Below are positions 18,170-27,202 of a DNA stretch of 64,000 nucleotides, piece by piece. The stretch is from Patescibacteria group bacterium (lineage in GTDB: Bacteria > Patescibacteriota > Minisyncoccia > Phycocordibacterales > JACOZG01), in NCBI GenBank assembly GCA_038065495.1, contig JBBTQW010000002.1, positions 362,641-426,640 on the forward strand, written 5' to 3'. Made by a program: the position numbers and the translations under genes. Every line of letters starts with the position of its first letter. Position 1 is the stretch's first letter. Under the pieces are notes generated by a model, which did not search any database, had not been told where the DNA came from, and worked only from the letters and a program-made list of their open reading frames with translations.

Positions 18170-18652
18170 ATGCTAGATATTGCCGTCAATAACTGGGAGA
18201 TTATCGCCAAACTGATTTTCGCTGTTGTCCTCGGCGGCGCGGTGGGCATTGAGCGCTCGCTGGCGGGCAAGACGGCGGGCATGCGCACCTATGCGCTGGT
18301 GAGCATGGGCTCGGCGCTCTTTGTGATTATCGCTGACCTGGTGACGCGGCAGTACTTGGCGCTGGGGATCCGCAGTTTTGACCCGCTCCGCGTGGCCTCG
18401 CAGATTGTGGTGGGCATCGGCTTCTTGGGCGCGGGTTTGATTATTTTCAAAGATCACAAGGTCAGTGGCCTCACCACCGCGGCGGGTGTGTGGGTCTCCT
18501 CCGGCATTGGCATGGCCGTGGGTTATGGTTTGTATACTCTGGGATTATTTGTTTCTATTCTCACGCTGTTGATTTTTACCGTTTTCTGGACTTTGGAAGA
18601 AAAAGTGGCGGGCAATCGCGCTGGTGGCGGGGCGGGCCGAGAAAAAGAGTAA
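18170..18652 (+). CDS. MgtC/SapB family membrane protein
   Basis: 160 aa. IIAKLIFAVVLGGAVGIERSLAGKTAGMRTYALVSMGSALF matches the MgtC N-domain. Confidence 0.75.
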   Translation: MLDIAVNNWEIIAKLIFAVVLGGAVGIERSLAGKTAGMRTYALVSMGSALFVIIADLVTRQYLALGIRSFDPLRVASQIVVGIGFLGAGLIIFKDHKVSGLTTAAGVWVSSGIGMAVGYGLYTLGLFVSILTLLIFTVFWTLEEKVAGNRAGGGAGREKE

Positions 18653-18659
18653 GCCAAGT

Positions 18660-19277
18660 ATGGTGACGAAGCTTAGTTTGGATCTAAGTGGGCGAACTGA
18701 AGCGCTGAAGAAAATAAAACAAGAAGTTCTAGCGCTAGAAAGCTCGCCACTGTATGAGTTTAGAATTGCGAATAAAAACTTGCCGGTGATCGGCGAAGGC
18801 GCTCACGACGCCAAAATTATGTTTGTAGGCGAGGCACCGGGCAAGAACGAAGCGGCGACTGGTCGGCCCTTCTGTGGTGCGTCGGGCAAATTGCTAGATG
18901 AACTATTAGCTTCAGTAAAAATTTCTCGCGAGTCTGTTTATATTACAAATATTGTGAAAGACAGACCGCCAGAAAACAGAGATCCCAGTCCAGAAGAAAT
19001 CAAAATTTATGGACCATTTCTCGATAAACAGATTGAGATTATCCAGCCAGAGATAATTGCCACGCTTGGGCGCTTCTCAATGCAATACATTATGACGAGA
19101 TTTGGTTTAGCGGATATTCTGCTCCCAATTAGCCAGATGCACGGGCAACTTTTTGAAACAGAAACGACTTATGGCAAAGTAAAAATCCTGCCACTTTATC
19201 ATCCCGCCGCGGCGATCTACAATCGCGCACTGCTGGATACGCTCAAATTAGATTTTGCCAAATTGCGAGAATTGTGA
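18660..19277 (+). CDS. Uracil-DNA glycosylase, family 4
   Basis: MFVGEAPGKNEAATGRPFCGASGKLL family-4 UDG motif. Start taken at the internal Met MVTKL; the track ORF begins at 18624. Confidence 0.8.
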   Translation: MVTKLSLDLSGRTEALKKIKQEVLALESSPLYEFRIANKNLPVIGEGAHDAKIMFVGEAPGKNEAATGRPFCGASGKLLDELLASVKISRESVYITNIVKDRPPENRDPSPEEIKIYGPFLDKQIEIIQPEIIATLGRFSMQYIMTRFGLADILLPISQMHGQLFETETTYGKVKILPLYHPAAAIYNRALLDTLKLDFAKLREL

Positions 19278-19339
19278 TAGTTGTATAAGTGGATATTGAA
19301 CAAATGTTTTGTGTTTCTTTGTAAAAAGGAGGTCCGAAA

Positions 19340-19744
19340 ATGGGCTGGACAAAAATGAAAGTATGGACTCGTGAGGAGGTTCTTGCTGGCGTGAAGGAGA
19401 TCTTGGTCGTCGCTCTTGGCGTGGACGAAGATGAGATCACAGAGGAGGCAACACTCACTGGCGATCTTGGGGCGGAGTCGATTGATTTTTTGGACATCGC
19501 TTTTCGCTTAGAGCGGGCGTTTGGGATTAAGATTCCGAAAGGCGAACTTTTCCCGCTCGATGGTTTGGGAGACAGCGTTCTAGACGACGGAGCGTTTTCT
19601 GCGAGCGGAGTGAGGTTTGTGAGGGAGATGCTCCCAGGTGTGGACATTTCGGAATTTGAGAAAGATCCACGTCTTGAGAAACTTCCCAACCTCTATACAG
19701 TTAAAACTCTGTTTAACTATGTGATGCACAAACTGGCCACTTGA
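19340..19744 (+). CDS. Acyl-carrier-protein-like (PP-binding) protein with a 55-aa C-terminal extension
   Basis: AAGGAGG RBS. LTGDLGAESIDFLDIAFRLERAFGIKIP resembles the ACP phosphopantetheine attachment site (DSLD motif as ESID). Confidence 0.55.
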   Translation: MGWTKMKVWTREEVLAGVKEILVVALGVDEDEITEEATLTGDLGAESIDFLDIAFRLERAFGIKIPKGELFPLDGLGDSVLDDGAFSASGVRFVREMLPGVDISEFEKDPRLEKLPNLYTVKTLFNYVMHKLAT

Positions 19745-19824
19745 ACTTCCTAGCCAACCCAAGCCCCGAATCGCGCAAGCGAGGAAGGGCTTTTTTCTTG
19801 CCTAAAAAATGCTAAACTCGGGAG

Positions 19825-20610
19825 GTGAAAACTTTTCTCTCTTGGAACGTGAACGGAATTAGGGCTGCGGAACGGAAAGGTTTCGTGGCTTGGCTGGCTG
19901 GCTGTGGGGCGCAGATTGTGGCCGTGCAGGAGACGAAAGTCAGTGATCATGGTGTGCTGAGTGCTGATTTATTAGCGCCGGACGGTTATGTGAGCTTCTG
20001 GCACGGCGCGACGGAGAAAAAAGGTTACAGTGGCGTGGCGTGTTTTGTGAAGAAAGATTTCTTGCCGAAGAAAGTAAAAACAGATTTCGGTAAAAATAGT
20101 TTGCTCAATAAAGAAGGCAGAGTAATAGAATTAGAATATGACGATTTTACTTTCTTAAACATTTACTTTCCCAACGGCGGCGCAAGTGAGGAGAGATTGA
20201 AGTTTAAACTAGAATTTTATGCGGAATTTTTGGATTATATAAAAAAGTTGGTGAAAAATAATAAGCAAGTAATTTTCTGTGGTGATGTGAACACGGCGCA
20301 TCAAGAAATTGATCTAGCCAGACCGAAAGAGAATGCGAACCATTCGGGATTTATGAGAATAGAACGTGATTGGCTGGATAAATTTGCAGAAAATAATCTG
20401 ATAGACACTTTCAGACATTTTTATCCGGACAAAGCTCAGCAATACACTTGGTGGGATCAGAAGACAGCCGCGCGCGAGCGCGATGTGGGCTGGAGAATAG
20501 ATTATTTCTATGTCAGTTCTAATCTGAAAAATAAAATTACAGATGCTTTTATTCTAGCTGATGTGCTTGGCTCAGATCATTGTCCGGTGGGTTTGAAAGT
20601 TGATCTGTAA
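19825..20610 (+). CDS. xth: Exodeoxyribonuclease III (AP endonuclease, Xth family)
   Basis: 261 aa. LSWNVNGIRA, CGDVNTAHQEIDL, WRIDYFYVS, SDHCPV. GTG start with GGGAGG RBS. Confidence 0.9.
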   Translation: MKTFLSWNVNGIRAAERKGFVAWLAGCGAQIVAVQETKVSDHGVLSADLLAPDGYVSFWHGATEKKGYSGVACFVKKDFLPKKVKTDFGKNSLLNKEGRVIELEYDDFTFLNIYFPNGGASEERLKFKLEFYAEFLDYIKKLVKNNKQVIFCGDVNTAHQEIDLARPKENANHSGFMRIERDWLDKFAENNLIDTFRHFYPDKAQQYTWWDQKTAARERDVGWRIDYFYVSSNLKNKITDAFILADVLGSDHCPVGLKVDL

Positions 20611-20625
20611 GATTTTAGAAAAATC

Positions 20626-21279
20626 ATGCTGTATTTATTTAATAATCTCGAAAAACTGCAAGCGCAGGTGGCGAAGTTTAAGGCGAAAAATCCGGCTGGT
20701 TCTGTGCACAAGTTTGATAGTGAGAACTTTCTAGCGCAACAAGAAAAATTAGAAGAATTATTGGCGAGCAATAATGGTTTATTTGGCGAGCAGAATCTGA
20801 TTATTCTCAACGAGATTGGTGATTTGAAAAAAGAGGAGAGAGAAGAACTGACAGAAAAGCTAAAAAATAGCGCGACGAAAGTTTTGTGGTTTGAGCGGGA
20901 AGCGAAGAAACCAGATTTTAATAAATCAGGCTTCAATATTTTTGCACTGACTGACGCACTCGGCGAGCGCGATCGGGGCGAATTGTGGTTGGCGTCACAA
21001 CAAGCGCACAAGGCCGGCATCGCTAGTGAGGAAATATTCTGGAAACTAGTCTGGCAGGTGAAGAATATGCTCTTGGTAGTGCAGATGAGTGCGGTTGATG
21101 CGAAAGTAACTAGCTTGAAGACGTTTGTGTTGGAAAAGTCTAAAAAAGCGAGCAAAAATTACTCTATTCCGGAGCTTTCCCATTTATCTGGCGAACTGGT
21201 GCGCTTGTGGCATGAGACTAAGCGGCATTCTGGTCGTGATTTCGGCTTAGAACTGGAACACTTGATGCTAAAGATCTGA
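20626..21279 (+). CDS. DNA polymerase III delta subunit-like (HolA), short
   Basis: N-terminus MLYLFNNLEKLQAQ and LFGEQNLIILNE...KVLWF resemble HolA. Weak similarity, by eye only. Confidence 0.4.
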   Translation: MLYLFNNLEKLQAQVAKFKAKNPAGSVHKFDSENFLAQQEKLEELLASNNGLFGEQNLIILNEIGDLKKEEREELTEKLKNSATKVLWFEREAKKPDFNKSGFNIFALTDALGERDRGELWLASQQAHKAGIASEEIFWKLVWQVKNMLLVVQMSAVDAKVTSLKTFVLEKSKKASKNYSIPELSHLSGELVRLWHETKRHSGRDFGLELEHLMLKI

Positions 21280-21345
21280 TTTGGGTGTAATATTTAGAGA
21301 TTAGCAGAGTAATATATAGTGAGGTCAGGTCGGTATTTAAGAGCT

Positions 21346-21954
21346 ATGGACAGTCTGTATAAACAAGAAAGTGATGAAGCAATCTTGGCTCGGTCGGTGA
21401 CCGAGCCGGGCTGTTTTGCGGAATTAGTGGAGCGTTACCAAGCGGCGTTCTATCGCAAAGGACGAGGAATTATTCATGACCCGGAAAAGCTGACCGACGT
21501 GGTACAAGAGACTTTTGTAAAGATTTATCTTAATGCGGCTAAGTTTAGAGAGCAAGAGAACGCCGCCAGCTTTCGTCCGTGGGCTTATAAAATTTTCTTA
21601 AACACCTGCTTTAGCGCTTATAAAAAAGAGAAGCGCGAGCGCGAATTTTTCTCAGTGTTGGATCCAGAGCTGATCGCGCTCGCGCCGGATGAGAAGAGCT
21701 TGAGCGCTGAGTCGCGCTGGGCTTGGGACGATCTGCTCGTGCTGGTCTCGCGTCTACCGCTCTTGCTCCGCCGCGTGGCGCTCTTGCACTTAGTCGAGGG
21801 CAGAAGTCAGGAAGAAGTTGCCCAGCTCGAGGGCGTGCCGGTGGGCACGATCCGCACGCGCCTGCACCGCGCGCGGCGAGCGCTACAGAAGCTGGTTCTC
21901 TCTGACCCAAATTTTAATTTGTCTCTTGCGAGCAACAACTTGAGTCATGTCTGA
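21346..21954 (+). CDS. ECF-type RNA polymerase sigma factor (sigma-70 family)
   Basis: Region 2 VQETFVKIYLNAAKF...FRPWAYKIFLN. Region 4 HTH SQEEVAQLEGVPVGTIRTRLHRARRALQ. Confidence 0.8.
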   Translation: MDSLYKQESDEAILARSVTEPGCFAELVERYQAAFYRKGRGIIHDPEKLTDVVQETFVKIYLNAAKFREQENAASFRPWAYKIFLNTCFSAYKKEKREREFFSVLDPELIALAPDEKSLSAESRWAWDDLLVLVSRLPLLLRRVALLHLVEGRSQEEVAQLEGVPVGTIRTRLHRARRALQKLVLSDPNFNLSLASNNLSHV

Positions 21955-22300
21955 TTTTTATCTCTATAGCCAGGCGCAAGCCGACGTGATGACACGTGTG
22001 CTCTTTCTCTATCGCCTCAAGCGCGTCTTGTTCTCACCTCTAACCCGAGCGGGCCTCCTGCTCGGTTTTTCTGTCCTCGCCTTTTTTGTCGTCTCTGTTC
22101 CGGCGATTATCGCCAATGCTCGCCAAACGTCGAGCTTTTTCGACAGTTTCGCCTATCTCTGGCGCTCGTTCCTCCACACCGCTTACCCGGTTCAAATAAT
22201 TGCTGTGATCACGCTCTTATTCGCTCTCTTGCTTGCCCGCGACACTTTTCGCTACTTCAAGCCTGTTTCTTTACTGCAAAATTTTAGATTTTTGAGTTAG
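21947..22300 (+). CDS. Putative anti-sigma factor / membrane protein co-transcribed with the ECF sigma
   Basis: ATGTCTGA start/stop overlap with the sigma gene. Two or three predicted TM helices. Confidence 0.4.
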   Translation: MSDFYLYSQAQADVMTRVLFLYRLKRVLFSPLTRAGLLLGFSVLAFFVVSVPAIIANARQTSSFFDSFAYLWRSFLHTAYPVQIIAVITLLFALLLARDTFRYFKPVSLLQNFRFLS

Positions 22301-22351
22301 ATTTCTTACTCCTCGACAAAGAGGCAGTTTTTACTTATGATGGCACTACTC

Positions 22352-22428
22352 GGGCTCCGTTAGCTCAGTTGGTAGAGCAGTTGCCTTTTAAGCAAACGGT
22401 CGCAGGTTCGATTCCTGCACGGAGCACA
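22352..22428 (+). tRNA. tRNA-Lys (anticodon TTT)
   Basis: GGGCUCCGUUAGCUCAGUUGGUAGAGCAGUUGCCUUUUAAGCAAACGGUCGCAGGUUCGAUUCCUGCACGGAGCA closely matches E. coli tRNA-Lys(UUU). No encoded CCA. Confidence 0.85.
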
Positions 22429-22442
22429 GATTTTATTTTAAG

Positions 22443-22775
22443 TTAGAGTGGCAAATCGAAAGCGAATAGCCCCGGGCCGGTGAGGGCGAGGGAGAGGAGA
22501 ATCGCGAGCATTAGCGCGCGGGCGGGCCAGCCAATTTGCCGATCGGGGCGGATTAAGATTAGAATGGCCATGACGAGTGCCGCTGGTTGAGTGCACAAGC
22601 CAATGATGAGCAAGACGGCCAGGGCTAGTTCAACCCAGCCGGCCAAGCGGCGTTTGGGCTCTGCCATTCTGGTAGACTGATAGCCGTGCCAGGCCAGCAG
22701 GCCGCCGGCTACGAGGCGCAGGATTACCGGCGCGAGCCAGTGATAAACCAGTAAACTAGGGAAAATGCTTAACAT
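22443..22775 (-). CDS. DoxX-like small membrane protein
   Basis: About 110 aa with 3-4 TM segments. Confidence 0.45.
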   Translation of the reverse strand: MLSIFPSLLVYHWLAPVILRLVAGGLLAWHGYQSTRMAEPKRRLAGWVELALAVLLIIGLCTQPAALVMAILILIRPDRQIGWPARALMLAILLSLALTGPGLFAFDLPL

Positions 22776-23244
22776 CACCTTAATCTTACACAATATCCGG
22801 AGCGCTCACAATGTTGGTTCTATTTTCCGGACTGCAGAATGCGCGGGAGTCAAAAAGATATTTCTAACCGGTTACACGCCGTCTCCAACAGATAAATTTG
22901 ATAGAGAAAATAAAGAAATTAGCAAAACGGCACTCGGCGCGGAGAAAATTGTGCAGTGGGAAAAAGAAGAGAATATCAAAACTCAAATTACAAAACTCAA
23001 AAAAGAGGGTTTTCAGATTATTGCGCTCGAACAGAGTGAGAAGAGTTTAGATTACAAAAATTTTGCCCGAGAAAATAAGAACGAGAAGCTAGCGCTAATT
23101 CTCGGCAACGAAGTGGGCGGGATTGAGGCAGAAATCCTCGCGCTTTGCGATCAAATTATCGAGATTCCCATGAGAGGCGAGAAGGAATCGCTCAATGTGA
23201 GCGTGGCGGTTGGAATTGCGATTTTCCGACTTTTGGAGCTTTAG
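22765..23244 (+). CDS. SpoU/TrmH-family RNA 2'-O-methyltransferase (TrmL-like)
   Basis: 159 aa. LILHNIRSAHNVGSIFRTAECAGVKKIFLTGYTP SPOUT motif I. C-terminal SLNVSVAVGIAIF. Confidence 0.8.
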   Translation: MLNITLILHNIRSAHNVGSIFRTAECAGVKKIFLTGYTPSPTDKFDRENKEISKTALGAEKIVQWEKEENIKTQITKLKKEGFQIIALEQSEKSLDYKNFARENKNEKLALILGNEVGGIEAEILALCDQIIEIPMRGEKESLNVSVAVGIAIFRLLEL

Positions 23245-23302
23245 AAAATAGGCTAAATACCGCTCTAGTTAGCCGTTTTTGGTAAAAATGAGGTTAAAAC
23301 AC

Positions 23303-23330
23303 TTGACAAATTCTGTGGATTTGCTATACT
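23303..23330 (+). promoter_or_regulatory. Promoter TTGACA-N16-TGcTATACT
   Basis: cTTGACAaattctgtggattTGCTATACT. Confidence 0.55.
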
Positions 23331-23336
23331 GGGGTC

Positions 23337-23513
23337 AGTACATTCAAGCAGTTGGTCAAAAAAAGCCAAGGTGCGTGCTCAGGCTCCAGAATACTGGGCG
23401 TATGTGTTTCTAAGCTCTTCAGCTTTTCTGGCTTTGGCGCTGGACCCGCTAGACTTGATGTATAGAGCTTATGGCTCCGCCTTGGGATTTCAATCCCAAG
23501 GCGTTTTTCTTTT
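23337..23513 (+). ncRNA. Candidate sRNA of about 175 nt (promoter to terminator, no plausible ORF)
   Basis: Terminator gccttggga-tttcaa-tcccaaggc plus TTTTTCTTTT at 23479-23513. 3' end is antisense to the 3' end of the convergent kinase gene. The only long ORF (GTG 23371) reads through the terminator. Confidence 0.4.
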
Positions 23514-24041
23514 GTCGAAATATCTTTCCCAGTCCTTGTCGCTAGTATCAATCTTGATGTGACGCAGAATCGTTTGTTGGCAAAGATTATCAAGATAGAT
23601 TTGTTGATTTTGATAATATTCCACGCGCTCTTCCAATGTTCCCGGCTTAGCTTTAGTCCAACTGTCACCACGGCGTTCGATTGTTTCCTTAATTCGTTCA
23701 GAAATTTGTTTCTCAGAGATTGTTAAGAGAACAACTAGAGTTGAGTGTTTTTTCAATCGTCGCTCTATTTCTTGGAATGAGGTGAGTGTTGAGTGTGTGC
23801 GAAACGCATGGGTGAAATGAAAACGATCAAGAATGATGTTTGTTTGTTCCAGTGTCTCGATTCTTTCTAGGATTTTATTTAGATAAGAAATCGATTGTGT
23901 CACGTCGCGATTATCAATGAGCGGCATCAGAGTTTCTGTTTCGTCAATCAGGGTTGAGTTTGGTAGACGATCTAGAAGCATTTTTTCGAGAGTAGTTTTA
24001 CCACTCGACGCAATGCCTTCGAAAATAAATAGTTTTTTCAT
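23490..24041 (-). CDS. P-loop NTPase, putative (deoxy)nucleoside or nucleotide kinase
   Basis: MKKLFIFEGIASSGKTTLEKML Walker A. No other assignable motifs. Confidence 0.5.
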   Translation of the reverse strand: MKKLFIFEGIASSGKTTLEKMLLDRLPNSTLIDETETLMPLIDNRDVTQSISYLNKILERIETLEQTNIILDRFHFTHAFRTHSTLTSFQEIERRLKKHSTLVVLLTISEKQISERIKETIERRGDSWTKAKPGTLEERVEYYQNQQIYLDNLCQQTILRHIKIDTSDKDWERYFDKRKTPWD

Positions 24042-24046
24042 GATAA

Positions 24047-24859
24047 TTATTTCTGACACTTATTACAAAAATGCGTTCCACGACCTCCAAACTTTATCTT
24101 GGTGATTACGCCAGTTTTGCAACGCTTACACTTTTCATTTTTTCGGCCGTAGACATTGAGATAGGGGACGAAACCGCCTTTGGTGCCGTCACTGCGCACG
24201 TAATTCTTGGCCGAAGTGCCTTTTTTAGAAATAGAAAGTTTTAATATTTTGATAATGCTGGTGTGCAGAAGTTTCTGTTCTGGTTTTGTTAAACTCTTCA
24301 CGATTCTGGTTGGCAAGATTTTGGCGAGGAAACAGCTCTCGTCCACATAGATATTTCCCAAACCAGCGATCAAGCTCTGATCGAGTAAGAACTGTTTCAG
24401 CTTTCTATTGGGATATTTTTGTAATAAATTTTGAAAAGTCTGGAAAGTGAATAATTTAGATAATGGCTCGACACCGTGTTTGTTTAATAACTTTTCTGAT
24501 TCTGTTTTGTTAAGCAATTTAATCCAGCCAAATTTGCGCAAGTCGTTGAAATATAATTTAGAATTATCAGTGAAAAGAAATTCCGCGCGCGTGTACTTGA
24601 ATGGATTCTTTTCTGGATGACCGCCAATAATCATTTTGCCCTTTTTTGGCTGATAAATCAGTTGCCCCGTCATCTTGAGGTGAACGAGTAATTTCTCGCT
24701 ATTGTCTAAGCTAATAATCAAGATTTTCGCGCGCCTTTCTACGCTGATTATTTTCTTATTTTTCAGTTCACGCGAGAAGATACTAGCAGTTTGGAATTTC
24801 TTGCCAATAATTACCACCAGCTCGCGCTTAAGTGTTTCGACTTCAGGCAGTTCGGGCAT
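24047..24859 (-). CDS. mutM: Formamidopyrimidine-DNA glycosylase (Fpg/MutM)
   Basis: N-terminus MPELPEVETLKREL (catalytic Pro2/Glu3). C-terminal zinc finger CKRCKTGV...THFCNKCQ. Confidence 0.9.
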   Translation of the reverse strand: MPELPEVETLKRELVVIIGKKFQTASIFSRELKNKKIISVERRAKILIISLDNSEKLLVHLKMTGQLIYQPKKGKMIIGGHPEKNPFKYTRAEFLFTDNSKLYFNDLRKFGWIKLLNKTESEKLLNKHGVEPLSKLFTFQTFQNLLQKYPNRKLKQFLLDQSLIAGLGNIYVDESCFLAKILPTRIVKSLTKPEQKLLHTSIIKILKLSISKKGTSAKNYVRSDGTKGGFVPYLNVYGRKNEKCKRCKTGVITKIKFGGRGTHFCNKCQK

Positions 24860-26129
24860 TTTTCAATTTCTCCAGTTCTTCGTGAGCCACGCTGGCATCG
24901 CTCCAGGGCGTTTTGGTATTTTTTGGTCCCATAATGTACGGATCTGTGCCTTTGCCAGTGATGATCACCACATCATCTTTCTTGGCCATTTGCACGGCCT
25001 TCCGGATCGCTTCACGGCGGTCTAGCACTATTTCGTAATTCCCCGATTTAATCCCGCTCGCCACTTCTTGCACAATTTTTTCTGGATCTTCGTCATACGG
25101 ATCTTCGTCTGTCAGAATTATTCTGTAACAGTAATCATCAGCAATCTGGCCCATCAGTGGCCGCTTCCAGTGGTCGCGCCCGCCGCCCGTGCCGCCGAGC
25201 ACACAGATTTTCCGGCGCTGGTTTAGCGTTTCGTAAACGGCTTTGAGAGAATCTGGTGTGTGCGCGTAGTCGACTAGCACATCGAACTCTTGCCAGCCGA
25301 CCGGTTCCATTCTTCCTCTGATTCCCGCAAAGCTTTCTAGTGCCGTTTTGATCGTTGCGACTGGTACTTGATAAGCGCGAGCAAGAGAGATGGCGCCGAG
25401 TAGATTGTAGAGATTAAACCGCCCGGGCAAACGCGTTTTGATTCTGCTGTTTTCGATCGTTAGTTCTGTGCTTTTGTCATCAGCATAGTGTGGTTCGGCA
25501 TCAGTTAGTTTATAAATAATTTTCTCCACTTGGCTCTCACCATCAACTGCTTGCAAAAATTTCTCATGTTCTTGATCATCGCCATTGACGACAATAAATT
25601 TATTTAATTTTTTAGATTTAGCTAGCTGTTTGGCAATTTCTAATTTGGCTTCTAGATATTTCTGATAAGAACCGTGGCTCTCGATGTGTTCTGGCGCCAG
25701 ATTGGTAAAAACTAAAGCATCTAGATCAATAAACTTGTGCCGAAATTGTTTAGCGCCTTCGCTCGTTAGTTCTATTATTGCATGCGTACAACCGGCCCTA
25801 ACCGCTCGACGCAAGAATCTCTGCAAGAAAAATCGCCCCTTGATCGTCATCTTGAACAAGTTTGGTTGCGAGTCGCCGGCGACTTTAATTCTTAGTGTGC
25901 CGGCCAGAGCGGTAATTTTGCCATCGGCTTCGAGGATCGCGTTAATCAGTTCCACGGTGCTGGTTTTGCCTTTTGTGCCCGTAACGGCAATCACAGTTAA
26001 TTCTCGCGAGGGAAAAAGATAAAAAACTGCACCAAACATGGCCAACAAATAATGATAAACCGGCTGTAAAGTTTGGAACAAACTTGCGGGAATCAGTGTG
26101 CGACCAAAATCTAGAATCTTTTCTAGCAT
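24843..26129 (-). CDS. murE: UDP-N-acetylmuramoyl-L-alanyl-D-glutamate--2,6-diaminopimelate (or L-Lys) ligase MurE-like Mur ligase
   Basis: VIAVTGTKGKTST P-loop. VDYAHTPDSL matches the MurE DYAHTPDAL motif. Confidence 0.75.
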   Translation of the reverse strand: MLEKILDFGRTLIPASLFQTLQPVYHYLLAMFGAVFYLFPSRELTVIAVTGTKGKTSTVELINAILEADGKITALAGTLRIKVAGDSQPNLFKMTIKGRFFLQRFLRRAVRAGCTHAIIELTSEGAKQFRHKFIDLDALVFTNLAPEHIESHGSYQKYLEAKLEIAKQLAKSKKLNKFIVVNGDDQEHEKFLQAVDGESQVEKIIYKLTDAEPHYADDKSTELTIENSRIKTRLPGRFNLYNLLGAISLARAYQVPVATIKTALESFAGIRGRMEPVGWQEFDVLVDYAHTPDSLKAVYETLNQRRKICVLGGTGGGRDHWKRPLMGQIADDYCYRIILTDEDPYDEDPEKIVQEVASGIKSGNYEIVLDRREAIRKAVQMAKKDDVVIITGKGTDPYIMGPKNTKTPWSDASVAHEELEKLKNARTA

Positions 26130-26131
26130 AT

Positions 26132-26716
26132 TTATTTGCTCAACTGCTTGAGCGCAAATTTTATCTTCTCACTCGTTTCTGTTACGCTTTCCGGCACGCG
26201 CTGGAGCGCCTCGCGGGCTTCGCGCAAGCTGTAACCCAGCGCTTGCAGCGCCTCAATCGCCTCGGCCTCACTTTGTCGTTCGGTAGACTTAGTATCTGCC
26301 AGCGCGATACTGCCCAGTTTATCTTTCAGTTCTAAAACTATTTTTTCCGCACTTTTCCGGCCAATGCCGGAAACTTTCGTGAGATAGCCAGCATCGCTTG
26401 CCGTGATCGCTTTCTCTAGCACTTCTGGCGGCGCGAGCGATAAAATTGCAATCGCGCTTTTCGGTCCAATCCCCGAAACGCCAATCAATAATTCAAAAAA
26501 GTCTAGCTCGCGTTGCTCCAAGAAGCCGTACAAGTCTAGTGCATTTTCTCGCACAATCAAGTGCGTCCAGAACTTTACTATCTCGTTCCCGTTCTCACTT
26601 TTTAGTCGCTTGAGTGCCTCCAGCGAGAGATTAACGCGGTAGCCGACGCCGTTGACGTCTAGGATAACGTGCTTCTCGCCACGCTTGGCGATAGTGCCGG
26701 TCAGTTGCCCAATCAT
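26132..26716 (-). CDS. ruvA: Holliday junction helicase subunit RuvA
   Basis: 194 aa. N-terminus MIGQLTGTIAKRGEKHVILDVNGVGYRV. HhH motifs. Confidence 0.9.
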   Translation of the reverse strand: MIGQLTGTIAKRGEKHVILDVNGVGYRVNLSLEALKRLKSENGNEIVKFWTHLIVRENALDLYGFLEQRELDFFELLIGVSGIGPKSAIAILSLAPPEVLEKAITASDAGYLTKVSGIGRKSAEKIVLELKDKLGSIALADTKSTERQSEAEAIEALQALGYSLREAREALQRVPESVTETSEKIKFALKQLSK

Positions 26717-26785
26717 GGCTCTGACTATAGCAAAAGTTTGCCTTTTTCTCTAATCTAAGTATACTAGCTGTACTTAATTAAATTT

Positions 26786-27025
26786 ATGGCAATTATCAAG
26801 TCAGCAAAGAAAGCTATCCGGAGTTCCGCCCGCAAGCGGACCTTTAATCTCCGTCGCCAGCGGACGATGCGCGAAGCGATGAAAGCTTTTGTAAAAGCGC
26901 CTAACGCCAAGCTCTTGCCAGACGTATATCAAGCGATCGATAAGGCCATGAAGCGGGGGATTATCAAGAAAAACAACGCCGCCAGGAAGAAAGCCAGATT
27001 GGCGAAGATGATTAAAACAAAGTAA
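26786..27025 (+). CDS. rpsT: 30S ribosomal protein S20
   Basis: 79 aa. N-terminus MAIIKSAKKAIRSSARKRTFNLRRQ. Confidence 0.9.
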   Translation: MAIIKSAKKAIRSSARKRTFNLRRQRTMREAMKAFVKAPNAKLLPDVYQAIDKAMKRGIIKKNNAARKKARLAKMIKTK

Positions 27026-27029
27026 AAAC

Positions 27030-27060
27030 AAAAACCGTCCAACTGGACGGTTTTTGTTTT
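27030..27060. terminator. Bidirectional intrinsic terminator accgtcca-ac-tggacggt
   Basis: A-tract then 8-bp stem then TTTTTGTTTT. Confidence 0.7.
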
Positions 27061-27146
27061 GGTGCGCGGGAGAGGATTTGAACCTCCATGCCCTTGCGGG
27101 CGTTACCACCTCAAGGTAGTGCGTCTGCCAGTTTCGCCACCCGCGC
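27060..27146 (-). tRNA. tRNA-Leu (anticodon GAG), CCA encoded
   Basis: Reverse complement GCGCGGGUGGCGAAACUGGCAGACGCACUACCUUGAGGUGGUAACGCCCGCAAGGGCAUGGAGGUUCAAAUCCUCUCCCGCGCACCA. Long variable arm. Matches E. coli tRNA-Leu(GAG). Confidence 0.85.
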
Positions 27147-27202
27147 TTGTTTCTTAGTGTAGTGCGCCCGCCTGCGGCGGGCAAGTCTGCCTCCGCGCGG
27201 TA

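Noticed and set aside
23371-23562. 63-aa GTG-initiated ORF inside the candidate sRNA
   Set aside because: It reads through a strong intrinsic terminator and into the antisense of the kinase gene. It has a poor SD and low-complexity sequence.
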